Shown here in pieces: positions 10,272-20,160 of a stretch of 50,381 nucleotides of DNA. Source of the stretch: a virus (lineage: Duplodnaviria; Caudoviricetes); IMG/VR virus record IMGVR_UViG_3300046382_000018, positions 1 through 50,381 of that record. The stretch is one strand, 5' to 3'. The notes beneath the pieces are model-generated. The model was not told the DNA's origin. It was given only the letters and a program-made list of their open reading frames with translations, and ran no database searches. Position 1 is the stretch's first letter, and each line of letters begins with the position of its first letter. Position numbers and translations under genes: made by a program.

Positions 10272-10430
10272 TTACTCTTCAAGAGAGAGACTCAAAGTTT
10301 TCAACTCTGATGGTGACAACTGCGCAGCAGAAGTCTTTTCGGCCTTACGAACGGCGGCTCGAATCTTTTCCTCCGACTCTTTGTCGAGGACATCGTAACT
10401 CGTAGCCTGTGTGCGCTTAGTGAATCCCAT
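10272..10430 (-). CDS. Small hypothetical protein (52 aa)
   Basis: MGFTKRTQATSYDVLD...LEE*, directly preceded by the TAATAGGTG motif; below the ORF-track length cutoff. Confidence 0.55.
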   Translation of the reverse strand: MGFTKRTQATSYDVLDKESEEKIRAAVRKAEKTSAAQLSPSELKTLSLSLEE

Positions 10431-10443
10431 CACCTATTATGTG

Positions 10444-11541
10444 CTAGGTGAGGCTAGGAAGGTAGGCCTTCTTGAGGTGTTCCTTAACCATTGCTTCGCC
10501 AAGACGGGGGTTGTCTGGCGTATATAGGTCGCCAAGATCTGAGCCCTCATGTAGGTCTACGGTAGGTAGGTGATATACAGGGATGTAGCGCTCCAGATAG
10601 CCCGTTGCTTCCTCCAGGAACTTCTCCCCAGGGCCATCATTGTCAGGGGCCAGGATGACCCCCTGGTTTAAACGTCGAAGCAACCTTAGCTGGGGCTCCT
10701 TGATGGTGCCTCCGAAGTAGGAGATGGCGGCCACATCGATGCTAGCCAGCATCAGTACTGTGGGCACAGACTCACATACCACGACAGGTTCACTAGCTAG
10801 CTGGGCCTTATCGAGGTTAAAGAGAGTATAAGACTTGGGGAAGTCGGTAGTGTTGGTGTACTTGGCCAGCCACTTGGGGGTGTCAGGGTCGTTGATCCAG
10901 CGGTTCTGCCAGCCAACTAGCTTGCCTTCCCAGAAGTGAGGGAAGACGGCCGTAGGACCGTAGTAGTCATCATCGATCTTCTCGGGTCCGTCCTTGCGTT
11001 GCCTAATGGGGGCCGTCTTCATACCCACCTCCGCATAGCGCAAGCCGTACTCCTCGATAACCTCCTCCGTAATCCCGCGTGTGAGAAACCAGGAGGGATC
11101 GTCCTTAAACTTCTCAAGTACGCGGGGATTGAAGTAGGGCAGGGTCTCCTCCCGATGTTTGTCATCCTGAATCATCGCCAGGAAGTCATCTATGAACTCG
11201 GAGTCGCTACGAGTATCCCCACGGGCGAACTGATACAGCCACTCGGTGGCCTCGTCCACGTCATAGTCATACATCTCCATGACCAGGGACAGCAGGGAGC
11301 CTCCCCCACATACCCAGCAGTTGTAGAGCCGCTTGCCTCGATGGATGGCAAACTTGCCGGTCGTATCGCCGTGCTTATGCAGGCCCCAGACATCGGGACA
11401 GTGACCAATGTCGTTTTCGCCATTGGTATCTACGGGTTCGAATTCGATTGCCTCCTTAAAGGCATCCACATCGATCCGGTTAACGAACTCACTGTATCTA
11501 ATCTTCATTAAACTGGTCTTCAATGTCATCCATATCAACAT
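10444..11541 (-). CDS. DNA primase (zinc finger + TOPRIM)
   Basis: C...H...CWVC zinc motif; VVCES and PDND TOPRIM motifs; the real start may be 11518. Confidence 0.85.
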   Translation of the reverse strand: MLIWMTLKTSLMKIRYSEFVNRIDVDAFKEAIEFEPVDTNGENDIGHCPDVWGLHKHGDTTGKFAIHRGKRLYNCWVCGGGSLLSLVMEMYDYDVDEATEWLYQFARGDTRSDSEFIDDFLAMIQDDKHREETLPYFNPRVLEKFKDDPSWFLTRGITEEVIEEYGLRYAEVGMKTAPIRQRKDGPEKIDDDYYGPTAVFPHFWEGKLVGWQNRWINDPDTPKWLAKYTNTTDFPKSYTLFNLDKAQLASEPVVVCESVPTVLMLASIDVAAISYFGGTIKEPQLRLLRRLNQGVILAPDNDGPGEKFLEEATGYLERYIPVYHLPTVDLHEGSDLGDLYTPDNPRLGEAMVKEHLKKAYLPSLT

Positions 11542-11689
11542 AGTTCTGTACGCACTCTGGATGGAAAATACGCAGGAACCCTTTCTCGCCCCTGTAGACG
11601 ATCATTTCTTCATCCGGAGGCTCCCCGCATGGGCACGGGTAGGGGGTATCGTCAGCTAACGCCCAGAAAGGGATGGGTTTAGACATCAA
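11498..11689 (-). CDS. Small Cys/His protein
   Basis: 63 aa; CPCG..FHPEC. Confidence 0.55.
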   Translation of the reverse strand: MMSKPIPFWALADDTPYPCPCGEPPDEEMIVYRGEKGFLRIFHPECVQNYVDMDDIEDQFNED

Positions 11690-11870
11690 TATCTATTTGG
11701 AACGTCTTCGGGTCCAGCTTCTTGCCCACGAAGGAAACGGGGGTTAGTTTAAACACCACACACTTGAGGAGCTTGTCCTCCTCGACCTCAACATCGTAGA
11801 TGAGGCCACCATGGGCGTGTCGCCTCTGGGTAGCATCCAAATTTAAGGCTTTAGTATTAGTCATTATCAT
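11679..11870 (-). CDS. Hypothetical protein
   Basis: 63-aa ORF coupled to its neighbours. Confidence 0.5.
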   Translation of the reverse strand: MIMTNTKALNLDATQRRHAHGGLIYDVEVEEDKLLKCVVFKLTPVSFVGKKLDPKTFQIDIDV

Positions 11871-13098
11871 CTTCCACTCTTCCGATTATCTCGAAGTTGC
11901 ATCCTCTGTTCATCTCGACCTTCATTTCCCAAGCGGGGAGGTCGTAATTCCTAGATATCAGTGTACCAATCTCAACCGTATTGGAGCGCCGCATATCCTT
12001 GTTGGCCCATAGGCCTAGCGCTAGCGTAGCCGTCTCCTCCATGGCGGCACTTCCCTTTGCTACCCGAATATCGGGCATGCTATCTGCAAATCTTGTCTCC
12101 CGGTTGAACTGATGGGCAAAGCAGATGGGACCTTCGTCAGAGAGATTGCGGGCTCGATCACAGACACCCCAATACTGGCCTGTTTCGTTGCTCTCCCCGA
12201 GGGACTTACGATTCGACCCCTCCACATATTGAAGCTGGTCAATAAATACGATATCTGAGCCCGCATCTCTGGCTCTGCCAACTAGTCGCTCGATAGATCG
12301 TTCGCCATGGTCGGGCTTAACTATCTCAAAGGTCCCCTCTTCGGCCACGATAGTGGATGCTTCCACTATACGCTCCTGCTCCTCAGCCGTTATGCAATTC
12401 TGTAGGTAATGCCACCACGGGACATTGGCAGCCATGCATAGGAAACGCATGTAGCTTTCTTCGGCTGGAAGCTCAAGGGAATAGAGCCACACATAGCGCC
12501 CTTCCCTTACATTCGCCATCGCCATCTTAATGATCTCCCAACTCTTGTAGGTCTTGGGAGGTGCGATCAGGAACGTGAGGCCTCGCTGCCCGTAGAAGTA
12601 CTCGTCAAGCTCCTTGTGTCCGAGGCTAGCCCCTGGACCCTGAGATAGTTTTTCCTCGTAAAGCTGGAGCACTCGATCATGATCACCTGTGCCGTACATC
12701 TCCCCTCTCCGGGAGAGCAAGCGCTGAAGACGATGACCGTCCTTCACCATCAGGTCGGGAGTAGCTAGCGGCTCCTCCTTGTACCGCTCAGCCACTGCTC
12801 GCAGAGCATCGCGGCCGTTGTTTTTCATGTAGCGCTCGCGTAGGCGCTTGATGAGATCCCCGATGGCCGTCAGGGGCTCTACAAAATCAATCTCAAACTC
12901 TTCAGCTAGAACAGAAGCGGTGGCAATTTTGCCATGCTCTCTAAAATGGTCGTCAGCCCACTCATAAACCTCTCGAATGAACTCATCCTCGATGAGGTCA
13001 ACGGAGAATCCCTCGCTACGGAAGACGGCCCACGATTCGAGGTCGGGAAGATGAGAGATAATCTCCTCATCGAGATCGACATTAAATACCTCGGGCAT
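11857..13098 (-). CDS. DnaB-like replicative helicase
   Basis: SLEL, FIDQLQ, HQFNR and KGS motifs; variant Walker A APPKTYKS. Confidence 0.8.
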   Translation of the reverse strand: MPEVFNVDLDEEIISHLPDLESWAVFRSEGFSVDLIEDEFIREVYEWADDHFREHGKIATASVLAEEFEIDFVEPLTAIGDLIKRLRERYMKNNGRDALRAVAERYKEEPLATPDLMVKDGHRLQRLLSRRGEMYGTGDHDRVLQLYEEKLSQGPGASLGHKELDEYFYGQRGLTFLIAPPKTYKSWEIIKMAMANVREGRYVWLYSLELPAEESYMRFLCMAANVPWWHYLQNCITAEEQERIVEASTIVAEEGTFEIVKPDHGERSIERLVGRARDAGSDIVFIDQLQYVEGSNRKSLGESNETGQYWGVCDRARNLSDEGPICFAHQFNRETRFADSMPDIRVAKGSAAMEETATLALGLWANKDMRRSNTVEIGTLISRNYDLPAWEMKVEMNRGCNFEIIGRVEDDND

Positions 13099-13645
13099 CG
13101 AGCCTCTTAGTGTACTCGGGCAGGTGCTCTCCCACTACATAGAAGTCAGCATCCTTTGGAACTTCGTAGGGGTGCTTGATGAGGGAGGCACAACCTAGTC
13201 GTAGATGAGGCCTGATTTGTCTCGCTTCTTCCCAGTCTTCCCCGACACGCTTACCGAAGCTGCGAATGTCACGCTGATTCCAAGCCACCAATCCTGTCCA
13301 GCCATGAGAAATCATCTTTAATTGATCAAGGTCATAAGGCTCGATGATGGTGGTGTGGGCATAGTAAGACCTGGGGCAGTACCCCACTACCCATACGTAG
13401 TCGGCACCGGCTTCTAGGCAGCGATCAATTTCATCTTCACTCCAGGAATGCATGCCCTTAGCAACAATGGGCTTAGAGGTATGCGTCCGTGCATAGGTCA
13501 CATTCTTTAGGCTACCCAACCACCTCTCTTCAGTATGGACAGATACCATATCGCCATACTCGGCGGCGATCTCGAATAGTTCCTCGAAGCTGTAGTCGGA
13601 ATCGAATTCGGCAGGGGAGTGTATCTTTACCTCGGCTATAAACAT
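13082..13645 (-). CDS. IGPS (TrpC)-like TIM-barrel protein
   Basis: FIAEVKIHSP, SVHTE..W.GS, GAD and N.RD motifs resemble indole-3-glycerol-phosphate synthase. Confidence 0.55.
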   Translation of the reverse strand: MFIAEVKIHSPAEFDSDYSFEELFEIAAEYGDMVSVHTEERWLGSLKNVTYARTHTSKPIVAKGMHSWSEDEIDRCLEAGADYVWVVGYCPRSYYAHTTIIEPYDLDQLKMISHGWTGLVAWNQRDIRSFGKRVGEDWEEARQIRPHLRLGCASLIKHPYEVPKDADFYVVGEHLPEYTKRLDARGI

Positions 13646-14028
13646 TACGGCTTAAGCTCTCCCGAGGCTACCTCATCCTCGCGGGTCTGAATGAACTCCT
13701 CTAGACCTTTGACCCCTCGACCACTAGTGAGGCCTTTCTGTCCGTACTTGGACAGCAGCAGACGGGCGTCTACCACATGGGGGTCGGGAGCAGCCAGGGT
13801 GTTTAAACTCCCCTGGTAGGCGACGATCAGATTGAGGGCACGCTGAAAATCATTGAGGATTATCTGCCCGTCGGGGCTCTTCCAAGTATTCTCGTATTCC
13901 TGTATCAATTCTTCATCGGTGCAACGAGCTTCCTTACAGGCCCAAAGCGATGCACTAAGCTTCTCAATATCGTGAGCCTGTCTCTCATTTCTAATTTCTA
14001 ATTCCTTTTTCTTTTTAAGCATCAACAT
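13645..14028 (-). CDS. Hypothetical protein
   Basis: 127-aa ORF within the operon. Confidence 0.6.
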   Translation of the reverse strand: MLMLKKKKELEIRNERQAHDIEKLSASLWACKEARCTDEELIQEYENTWKSPDGQIILNDFQRALNLIVAYQGSLNTLAAPDPHVVDARLLLSKYGQKGLTSGRGVKGLEEFIQTREDEVASGELKP

Positions 14029-14912
14029 ATTCCTTTCCGCTCTCCATTTTCGATTAACTCTTGATTGAGATCCCAGATCCCGTCGTTCTTGCGGGCGTCC
14101 TTGCCATTGACCTTGATGTGCTTCTCCTTCGCAGACAACAGAGAGTACGTGCGCGGGTACTCCTTGTCTAGATCCTCGGGGAGAAGATTGGTGGTCAGGA
14201 TAGTGATCCGTCCGTAGTTAGTTCGGTGCCTAACTAGCTCCTCAAACTTTTCCGCGAAGAGATCATGCTGGGCTGCCGATATGGAACCCGCAACCTCGTC
14301 CAGTATAAGCAGAGTGCTGTTCCTAACCATGGCCTCTTCCCTTAGGCGCTGCTCCTCGGGAGCCTTGAAGAGAGACATGATGTTTCTAAAGTTTATGTAA
14401 TATACTGACTCGCCTAGCTTGATTAACTGGCGAGCAACGTAGGTGGCTAGGAAAGTCTTGCCCGTACCCTGGCTTTTGGAATAGAATCCCAGCCCCACCC
14501 CGTAGTGCTTATAGTCTGGCCACTTGGAGATGTAGCCCTCGGCTTCTTTCCAAGCTTTCTTATCTCCCCAGAAGTCATCGGCGTTCAGCCTCATGTACTC
14601 CTCGGGTATGCGGGCCAACAGATAGTGCCTGAAGAGTACGGATTGCGTTTCGCAATCGCAGTCGTACTCAGTGCCCAGGCAGACGTATTTACTCGGGGGC
14701 CACTCCCTGATCCCCGGAGCTATCTCCGTCTTCCTGACTCCACACGTCGGACATTCGTCTAGCTTCTTGGGTGAGGAATGAATCATCCTCTCCACTTCCT
14801 CGAACTGCTGATTCGTCATCCTCGGCAGCTTCAGATTGGTGGGTACGGATGGCTCTAACGATTTCTGTTGCATATTTAACGTTCTCTTTGTCGCTTGCGT
14901 CGAGTATGACAC
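14022..14912 (-). CDS. DnaC/IstB-like helicase loader ATPase
   Basis: CPTC..CDC zinc motif; GTGKTFLA, LLILDE, TTNL; the start may be 14819. Confidence 0.85.
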   Translation of the reverse strand: MSYSTQATKRTLNMQQKSLEPSVPTNLKLPRMTNQQFEEVERMIHSSPKKLDECPTCGVRKTEIAPGIREWPPSKYVCLGTEYDCDCETQSVLFRHYLLARIPEEYMRLNADDFWGDKKAWKEAEGYISKWPDYKHYGVGLGFYSKSQGTGKTFLATYVARQLIKLGESVYYINFRNIMSLFKAPEEQRLREEAMVRNSTLLILDEVAGSISAAQHDLFAEKFEELVRHRTNYGRITILTTNLLPEDLDKEYPRTYSLLSAKEKHIKVNGKDARKNDGIWDLNQELIENGERKGIC

Positions 14913-15417
14913 ATTCCTTACCGTAGCCCTCTAGGGCCTCCACCAGCTTGGCATCCACCACCACATCGTAGGCGTGGCCCTTACTAGCCAGCGTGGGCGT
15001 ATTATAGGGAAGGTAAAAGAGGGCGTCGTAGTCGTAGAGTTCAAGCTGGATTTGACCCAACATCGTTAATGCCCCTCGTATCTTAATCGTGTCCTCATAG
15101 TCGATCCGAGGATACGTAGATAGCGTCATGGAGTGTATCATTATATAGACGGCTGTCTCGTAGATGGTTCCACAAGTGATGGTGTCGTGGCCCGCGCAGG
15201 TGACTGCCTGCTCCAAGGTGCGACGATGAAAAATTACCTGATAATTTTCAGCGTAGTTTGCTGTGTAGTCGAAGGCCTGTCCGGTTTTCTTCTGTAGATC
15301 CTCGATATATTTATCAATGATTACAGGTTTGGGACCATCCTTAGCCATCGCTCGCGCCAGAGCTTTAGCGAACTTGGTCTTACCTGAGTCAGGTGCTCCT
15401 AGCAATCCAATCTTCAC
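14689..15417 (-). CDS. P-loop NTPase/kinase (AAA_28/NadR-like)
   Basis: IGLLGAPDSGKT and YDALFYLP. Confidence 0.6.
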   Translation of the reverse strand: MKIGLLGAPDSGKTKFAKALARAMAKDGPKPVIIDKYIEDLQKKTGQAFDYTANYAENYQVIFHRRTLEQAVTCAGHDTITCGTIYETAVYIMIHSMTLSTYPRIDYEDTIKIRGALTMLGQIQLELYDYDALFYLPYNTPTLASKGHAYDVVVDAKLVEALEGYGKECVILDASDKENVKYATEIVRAIRTHQSEAAEDDESAVRGSGEDDSFLTQEARRMSDVWSQEDGDSSGDQGVAPE

Positions 15418-16478
15418 TAGAAACCGACCTTAAATCCTCGATCTTTAACGCCACTGGTAACACCATTGATCTTGGCGTATAGATCAGCAAGCTGAACCTC
15501 ACCCGGAAGCTCGGACTCACCCAAGCCCTGGTTCTTTAGCCACTCAAGGGCTTCCTCGCTGTTGAATGGCTTAAAGTCGATGTCGAAGGCACACCTACCG
15601 GGCCTAGAGACAGCCTTATGCAGGGTCTTAAGAGGCTCGTTGGTGGTGACGATGATCATAGTTTTCAGACCGTGCCCAATGAGACCATCAACGGTGTTAA
15701 GGAACCGCGAGAGAGCGGGGCTTCCAGTTTCCGACCTGGCCGAGGGCTGAAGAAACTCGCCTGCATCCTCCAGGATGAGGAGTTTCCACATATCCTTTTC
15801 TCCCTCTAGGAGAACCTGAATCATGTAGTCGGCGTGTGAACCGAAGAACTTCTCCACGTCGGTGATGTAGTGCATCGTCGCCCACTTTTTCCATTCATAG
15901 GCTAGCGACCTAAGGGCAGTTGTCTTGCCCGTTCCCGGTAGGCCTGTCCAGAGAATAAGCTGACCTGAACTAGTGGGCTGAAAGTCTCTTACAACAAACC
16001 CAACTTCATCCCTAACGGAAGCCGAGTAGTTGGCTTCAATATCATCCCATTTAAGGCCGTCAACATCTCTGGTTATATGTTCTGGCCCATTGCCTCCGTA
16101 ACTCCAAAAGTTAATGGGAACCATCATTGAAGTCTTTGGCTTACGTGCGGGCCAAAGTGATTTAGCCTCTGCCATAAGGTCCGGAATAGCGAGTGCGGTG
16201 TCGGCGGCTACCTGAACGTAAAGACTACCGTGGTTGTAGTTTAGACTTATAGCCTCATTAGTTCGAGCAATGACAGTTTTAAATTCGTAAGGGGTGGTGT
16301 CCCCCGTGTGATAGCTGACGATAGTGGGACCAGTCGGGAGACTATAGATGTCAATATCATCTAGACTTGCGCGCCAGTTCTTATGACCGAAGTGTTTATG
16401 CTTACTAAACACCTCGCTTAACAGTTGGCCATATGCGTTTCCTTCAGAGTGATCATATACTGGTAGTATATCCGTCAT
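15417..16478 (-). CDS. AAA+ ATPase
   Basis: GLPGTGKT, LILED, FLNTVDG, TTN, RPGR. Confidence 0.85.
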   Translation of the reverse strand: MTDILPVYDHSEGNAYGQLLSEVFSKHKHFGHKNWRASLDDIDIYSLPTGPTIVSYHTGDTTPYEFKTVIARTNEAISLNYNHGSLYVQVAADTALAIPDLMAEAKSLWPARKPKTSMMVPINFWSYGGNGPEHITRDVDGLKWDDIEANYSASVRDEVGFVVRDFQPTSSGQLILWTGLPGTGKTTALRSLAYEWKKWATMHYITDVEKFFGSHADYMIQVLLEGEKDMWKLLILEDAGEFLQPSARSETGSPALSRFLNTVDGLIGHGLKTMIIVTTNEPLKTLHKAVSRPGRCAFDIDFKPFNSEEALEWLKNQGLGESELPGEVQLADLYAKINGVTSGVKDRGFKVGF

Positions 16479-16756
16479 TTAATATTCTCCGCTTCGATTA
16501 ACTCAATCATTGTCATTGCCGCACATACCATATCACGTCTGCGTCTAGAAATTCTACCAGCCTTGTAGGCCACCTTAGCAATTCCGTTTATCTCTTTGGT
16601 AGTGAGCTTACGATCACCCGAAGGGTCCCGTGGCACATGGATGAATTCTTTACGCTCCCAGCCCCTTAGAGTAACAGGGCTCTTCCCAAGAAAACGCCCC
16701 AGGTCAGTGATGGTGAAGTAGAACTTCCAATTCTTCGGTTCGGTAGTCGTCCTCAC
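16475..16756 (-). CDS. MerR-like HTH DNA-binding protein
   Basis: FTITDLGRFLGKSPVTLRGWER..PR..GDR. Confidence 0.7.
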   Translation of the reverse strand: MRTTTEPKNWKFYFTITDLGRFLGKSPVTLRGWERKEFIHVPRDPSGDRKLTTKEINGIAKVAYKAGRISRRRRDMVCAAMTMIELIEAENIK

Positions 16757-16758
16757 GA

Positions 16759-17454
16759 CTAAGAGCCTAGCTCCTCAGGCTTAGCTGGCCGAGGCTTCTC
16801 TAGACGGAGGGAAATCTGACCCGGAACCATGTACTCAGAGAGGACTTCAAGATCCTCGTGCTCGATTTCCTCTAGTGGCTTAAGCTCCCGAGGCCAGAAA
16901 GCTTCGGTGTCCTCTACATACTTATTAAGTAGGCCTTCCGGAATAGACGTAAGCCCATTGTCGTCTACCCAATGGAGAAAATCATTTATGTAGTTAATTC
17001 CCTCGGGCTCTACCGGATAGGTGATTCGCTCCCATAGCTCAGGGTGATCCTCAGCTAGCGTCTCATCATCTAGAGATGGGGCCTCCGGGATAGCGTTACG
17101 CTGGTAGACCATCCCATCCTTGTGATTAACGAAGATGAATTTGGTCTTCGAGGGATCCTCCCCTAGGAGGACCGTTCCCTCTTCGGGATTCTCCTCTACT
17201 AGGACCCAACCGGGGTGGTAAACCCTGACCCACTCGGTGAGATCTCCAACTTCGGGAGCCGGAACCACCTTCTGAGCAAGCGTGCCTTTTGCAACTTCCT
17301 TCGAAACCTCATCGAAAAATCTCTGCCTTTCTTTCTTGAGGGCCACTTCTGCAAGGCCCTTATCCTTGTGATGTTTACCTAATTTTTTAGTAATTGTAAC
17401 GAGGCTCATGCTATCTCCAAGCTGGTGACCGTGGAGCTTCCGCAACGGGGACAC
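16759..17454 (-). CDS. Hypothetical protein
   Basis: Long ORF; likely start at 17409. Confidence 0.65.
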   Translation of the reverse strand: MSPLRKLHGHQLGDSMSLVTITKKLGKHHKDKGLAEVALKKERQRFFDEVSKEVAKGTLAQKVVPAPEVGDLTEWVRVYHPGWVLVEENPEEGTVLLGEDPSKTKFIFVNHKDGMVYQRNAIPEAPSLDDETLAEDHPELWERITYPVEPEGINYINDFLHWVDDNGLTSIPEGLLNKYVEDTEAFWPRELKPLEEIEHEDLEVLSEYMVPGQISLRLEKPRPAKPEELGS

Positions 17455-17705
17455 ACCCCATCTACCTCCTGCTCCTCCGGTCCTATTAATTCATCCCAGC
17501 GACAGAGGTTAGCAAACACCTCGGCTTGATGCTTGCAGTGACCTTGATGAATAAATCCTAGGCATTCGCAAATGATGTCGTCTTGTTCTGAGTCTGAATC
17601 AGGAACCAGAATTGTATACACCCTATCTGGATCTGAGGAAGACTGGATATGGGTTGTCCACCAGGGTTCACTTGATTCACATCTAACTATCTCGACTAAC
17701 TCCAT
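17406..17705 (-). CDS. SWIM-type zinc-finger protein
   Basis: CEC.GF....CKH plus CPRCG. Confidence 0.7.
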   Translation of the reverse strand: MELVEIVRCESSEPWWTTHIQSSSDPDRVYTILVPDSDSEQDDIICECLGFIHQGHCKHQAEVFANLCRWDELIGPEEQEVDGVCPRCGSSTVTSLEIA

Positions 17706-17709
17706 CGGT

Positions 17710-17880
17710 AAATCCTAGCACAGTTACTCGTACGCGGTACGTCAGCATCTATATAGATATTAAGCGTCAGTATTAGTTTTAGAGTTCATCAAAATATAAT
17801 AGCCCGAGATACTTCTCTCAGTCTTCTCTATATATAGAGCCGACGTGCGCGCGGGAACTAGCAGATCGCTAGCTAGATTT
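17710..17880. repeat. Imperfect long inverted repeat around an AT-rich core at the strand-divergence point
   Basis: CGCGGTACGTCAGCATCTATATAG (17733-17756) versus CTATATATAGAGCCGACGTGCGCGCG (17828-17853); outer arms AAATCCTAGC/GCTAGATTT. Confidence 0.55.
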
Positions 17881-17995
17881 CAACCCCTCGTTGACAAAAA
17901 GTCGCAGCAACCTGGCTTCTCACTTCACACATTCACCTAGCGGGGAGTAACTGCTACGATAGTTTGACGACACAGAAAGAGAGCAGGAAGGTTTA

Positions 17996-19714
17996 ATGGA
18001 GGCAGCATCATTACCCACGGACATAGGGGTAGAACAACACGTAAGCAGGCAGAAGCCAGTCACTGATGACATTGAAAAGATGGGTCCGTGGGCGACCACC
18101 CAGTACCTCGACAAGTACGCATGGAAGGAAGACGGGGAGCCCTCTGAGGTCTGGCCTGACACCGCTTATCGGGTAGTGAGATACGTACTAGGAGCGCTTG
18201 GATACACGGACCAAGACCCAGAGTTTCAATCTCTACTTAAATACGTAGTCCAGAGAAAGTTCATTCCTGGCGGGCGCTATCTAGCAAACTCCGGAAAGCG
18301 CAAGCATCAGGTCAACAACTGCTTTCTTTACCGATGCGCCGACTCAATCTCAGATGACGATGGGTGGGCAGATCTGGTAAGCAAGGCAATCAAGGCCCTC
18401 TCTTCCGGTGGCGGCATCGGTGTCGTCTACTCAGATGTACGAGGCAACGGCAGTGAAGTTAAGTCCAACGGCAACACAGCCACGGGTCCTCTGTCACCTG
18501 CCTGCATGGTTAATGAGGTAGCCCGCCACGTCATGGCTGGCTCCCGTCGCTCTGCAATCTGGGGTGGCCTCCATTGGAATCACCCGGACATTTTTGCGTG
18601 GATTAACTCAAAGAACTGGTCGGATGAGATCAAGGCAGCCAAGGCTGCTGACTACAACGCCCCTGCCCCTCTAGACATGACCAACATCTCGGTCATCTTG
18701 GACTCAGAGTTCTTTTTTGCGTTCGAAAACCTGGAGCACCCCGATCATGACCTGGCCAAGAAGGTCTATTGGGAGACAGTTGAAAATATGATCTCCACGG
18801 GAGAGCCAGGGTTCTCCATCGACGTAGGCCAGAACGCTGGGGAAAATCTCCGCAACGCCTGTACTGAGATCACCTCCTCCGATGACTCCGACGTGTGTAA
18901 CCTGGGCTCCATCAACCTAGCTCGTGTGGAGAGTAAGGAGGAGCTAGCCGAGATCACCAGGCTGGCGATGCTGTTCTTAATCTGCGGGACGGTCTACTCG
19001 GACGTTCCCCACGAGGAGGTTCGTCAGACCAGGGAAAAGAATCGTCGCACAGGCTTGGGCTTAATGGGTATCCACGAGTGGCTACTGAGGCGTGGGTATC
19101 GATATGAAATGGTGGATGAGCTAAGCGACTGGCTCTCTCTGTGGGAGACCGAAAGCGATCTAGCCGCTGAGGAGATCGCCAACCACCACGACATCTCTGT
19201 GCCCGTTAAGCGTCGAGCCATCGCTCCGAATGGAACTATTGGAATCATCGCGGAGACCACCACCTCGGCTGAGCCTGTCTTCTGCGTGGCCTACAAGCGC
19301 AGGTTCCTGGATAAGGATAAGAAATGGAAGTTCCAGTACGTCATCGACCCCACAGCAGAGCGTCTGATCCAAGAAGGGGTAGACCCCGATGACATCGAGG
19401 ATGCCTACTCCCTCTCCTACAACGTCGAGCGTAGGATTAAGTTCCAGGCCGATCTACAGGACTACGTTGACCACGGCATTAGCTCGACCATTAACTTGCC
19501 CTATCCGATCACCGACCCCGGCGAGGTGCAGGACTTCGGTGAGATTTTGATGAAGTATCTACCGAGGCTCAGGGGGATGACGTGCTATCCGGATGGCGCT
19601 AGGGCAGGACAGCCGCTTGAATCTGTCCCTTATCATGTAGCTCACGCCCAGAAGGGCGTGACCCTGGAGGAGAACCGGGACGGAGCTTGCGCCTCAGGAG
19701 TCTGCGGAATCTAG
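17996..19714 (+). CDS. nrdJ: Class II (B12-dependent) ribonucleotide reductase
   Basis: PGGR, NNCF, RNACTEI, CNLGSINL, IAPNGT, ISSTIN; C-terminal CASGVC; no beta subunit nearby. Confidence 0.85.
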   Translation: MEAASLPTDIGVEQHVSRQKPVTDDIEKMGPWATTQYLDKYAWKEDGEPSEVWPDTAYRVVRYVLGALGYTDQDPEFQSLLKYVVQRKFIPGGRYLANSGKRKHQVNNCFLYRCADSISDDDGWADLVSKAIKALSSGGGIGVVYSDVRGNGSEVKSNGNTATGPLSPACMVNEVARHVMAGSRRSAIWGGLHWNHPDIFAWINSKNWSDEIKAAKAADYNAPAPLDMTNISVILDSEFFFAFENLEHPDHDLAKKVYWETVENMISTGEPGFSIDVGQNAGENLRNACTEITSSDDSDVCNLGSINLARVESKEELAEITRLAMLFLICGTVYSDVPHEEVRQTREKNRRTGLGLMGIHEWLLRRGYRYEMVDELSDWLSLWETESDLAAEEIANHHDISVPVKRRAIAPNGTIGIIAETTTSAEPVFCVAYKRRFLDKDKKWKFQYVIDPTAERLIQEGVDPDDIEDAYSLSYNVERRIKFQADLQDYVDHGISSTINLPYPITDPGEVQDFGEILMKYLPRLRGMTCYPDGARAGQPLESVPYHVAHAQKGVTLEENRDGACASGVCGI

Positions 19715-19743
19715 TTGACAATGCAACAGTATCGTGGTATACT
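19715..19743 (+). promoter_or_regulatory. Sigma70/SigA-type promoter
   Basis: TTGACA-N17-TATACT. Confidence 0.75.
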
Positions 19744-19752
19744 ATTTATACC

Positions 19753-20145
19753 ATGACTAAACTGTGGCATGATGACGCTAGGCCCGCTCCCGAGGGCTGG
19801 ACTTGGGCTCGTACCAACGCCGAGGCGATGGAGCTTCTAGCTACCCAGGACATCGATGAGATCTCGATGGACCATGACCTGGGTGCCAAGCTGACCGGCT
19901 TCTCCTCCCTGGATATGTACCTAAGGGGCGAATCCAAAGAGGAAGACGGTACGGAACTCGCCAAGTGGATGTGCGAGCGAGAGTTCCTACCAGAGACGAT
20001 CTGGATTCATTCGCATAACCCTGACGGGGCCGACAGGATGCGGAAGATCTTCCGTGACCATGGGAAGACGGCCATCATCATGCCTTTCAGCGCTCTTAAT
20101 TACGAAGGATATATGGAGATGTTGGAAGCACTTGACAACGGTTAG
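19753..20145 (+). CDS. Cyclic-phosphate-processing receiver-domain protein
   Basis: LWHDDARP..W.W.RT, ISMDHDLG and IHSHNP.G motifs; ATG start at 19753. Confidence 0.75.
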   Translation: MTKLWHDDARPAPEGWTWARTNAEAMELLATQDIDEISMDHDLGAKLTGFSSLDMYLRGESKEEDGTELAKWMCEREFLPETIWIHSHNPDGADRMRKIFRDHGKTAIIMPFSALNYEGYMEMLEALDNG

Positions 20146-20160
20146 CAACCCTGGTAGAAT
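20132..20160 (+). promoter_or_regulatory. Sigma70/SigA-type promoter for the RNA island
   Basis: TTGACA-N17-TAGAAT. Confidence 0.7.
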
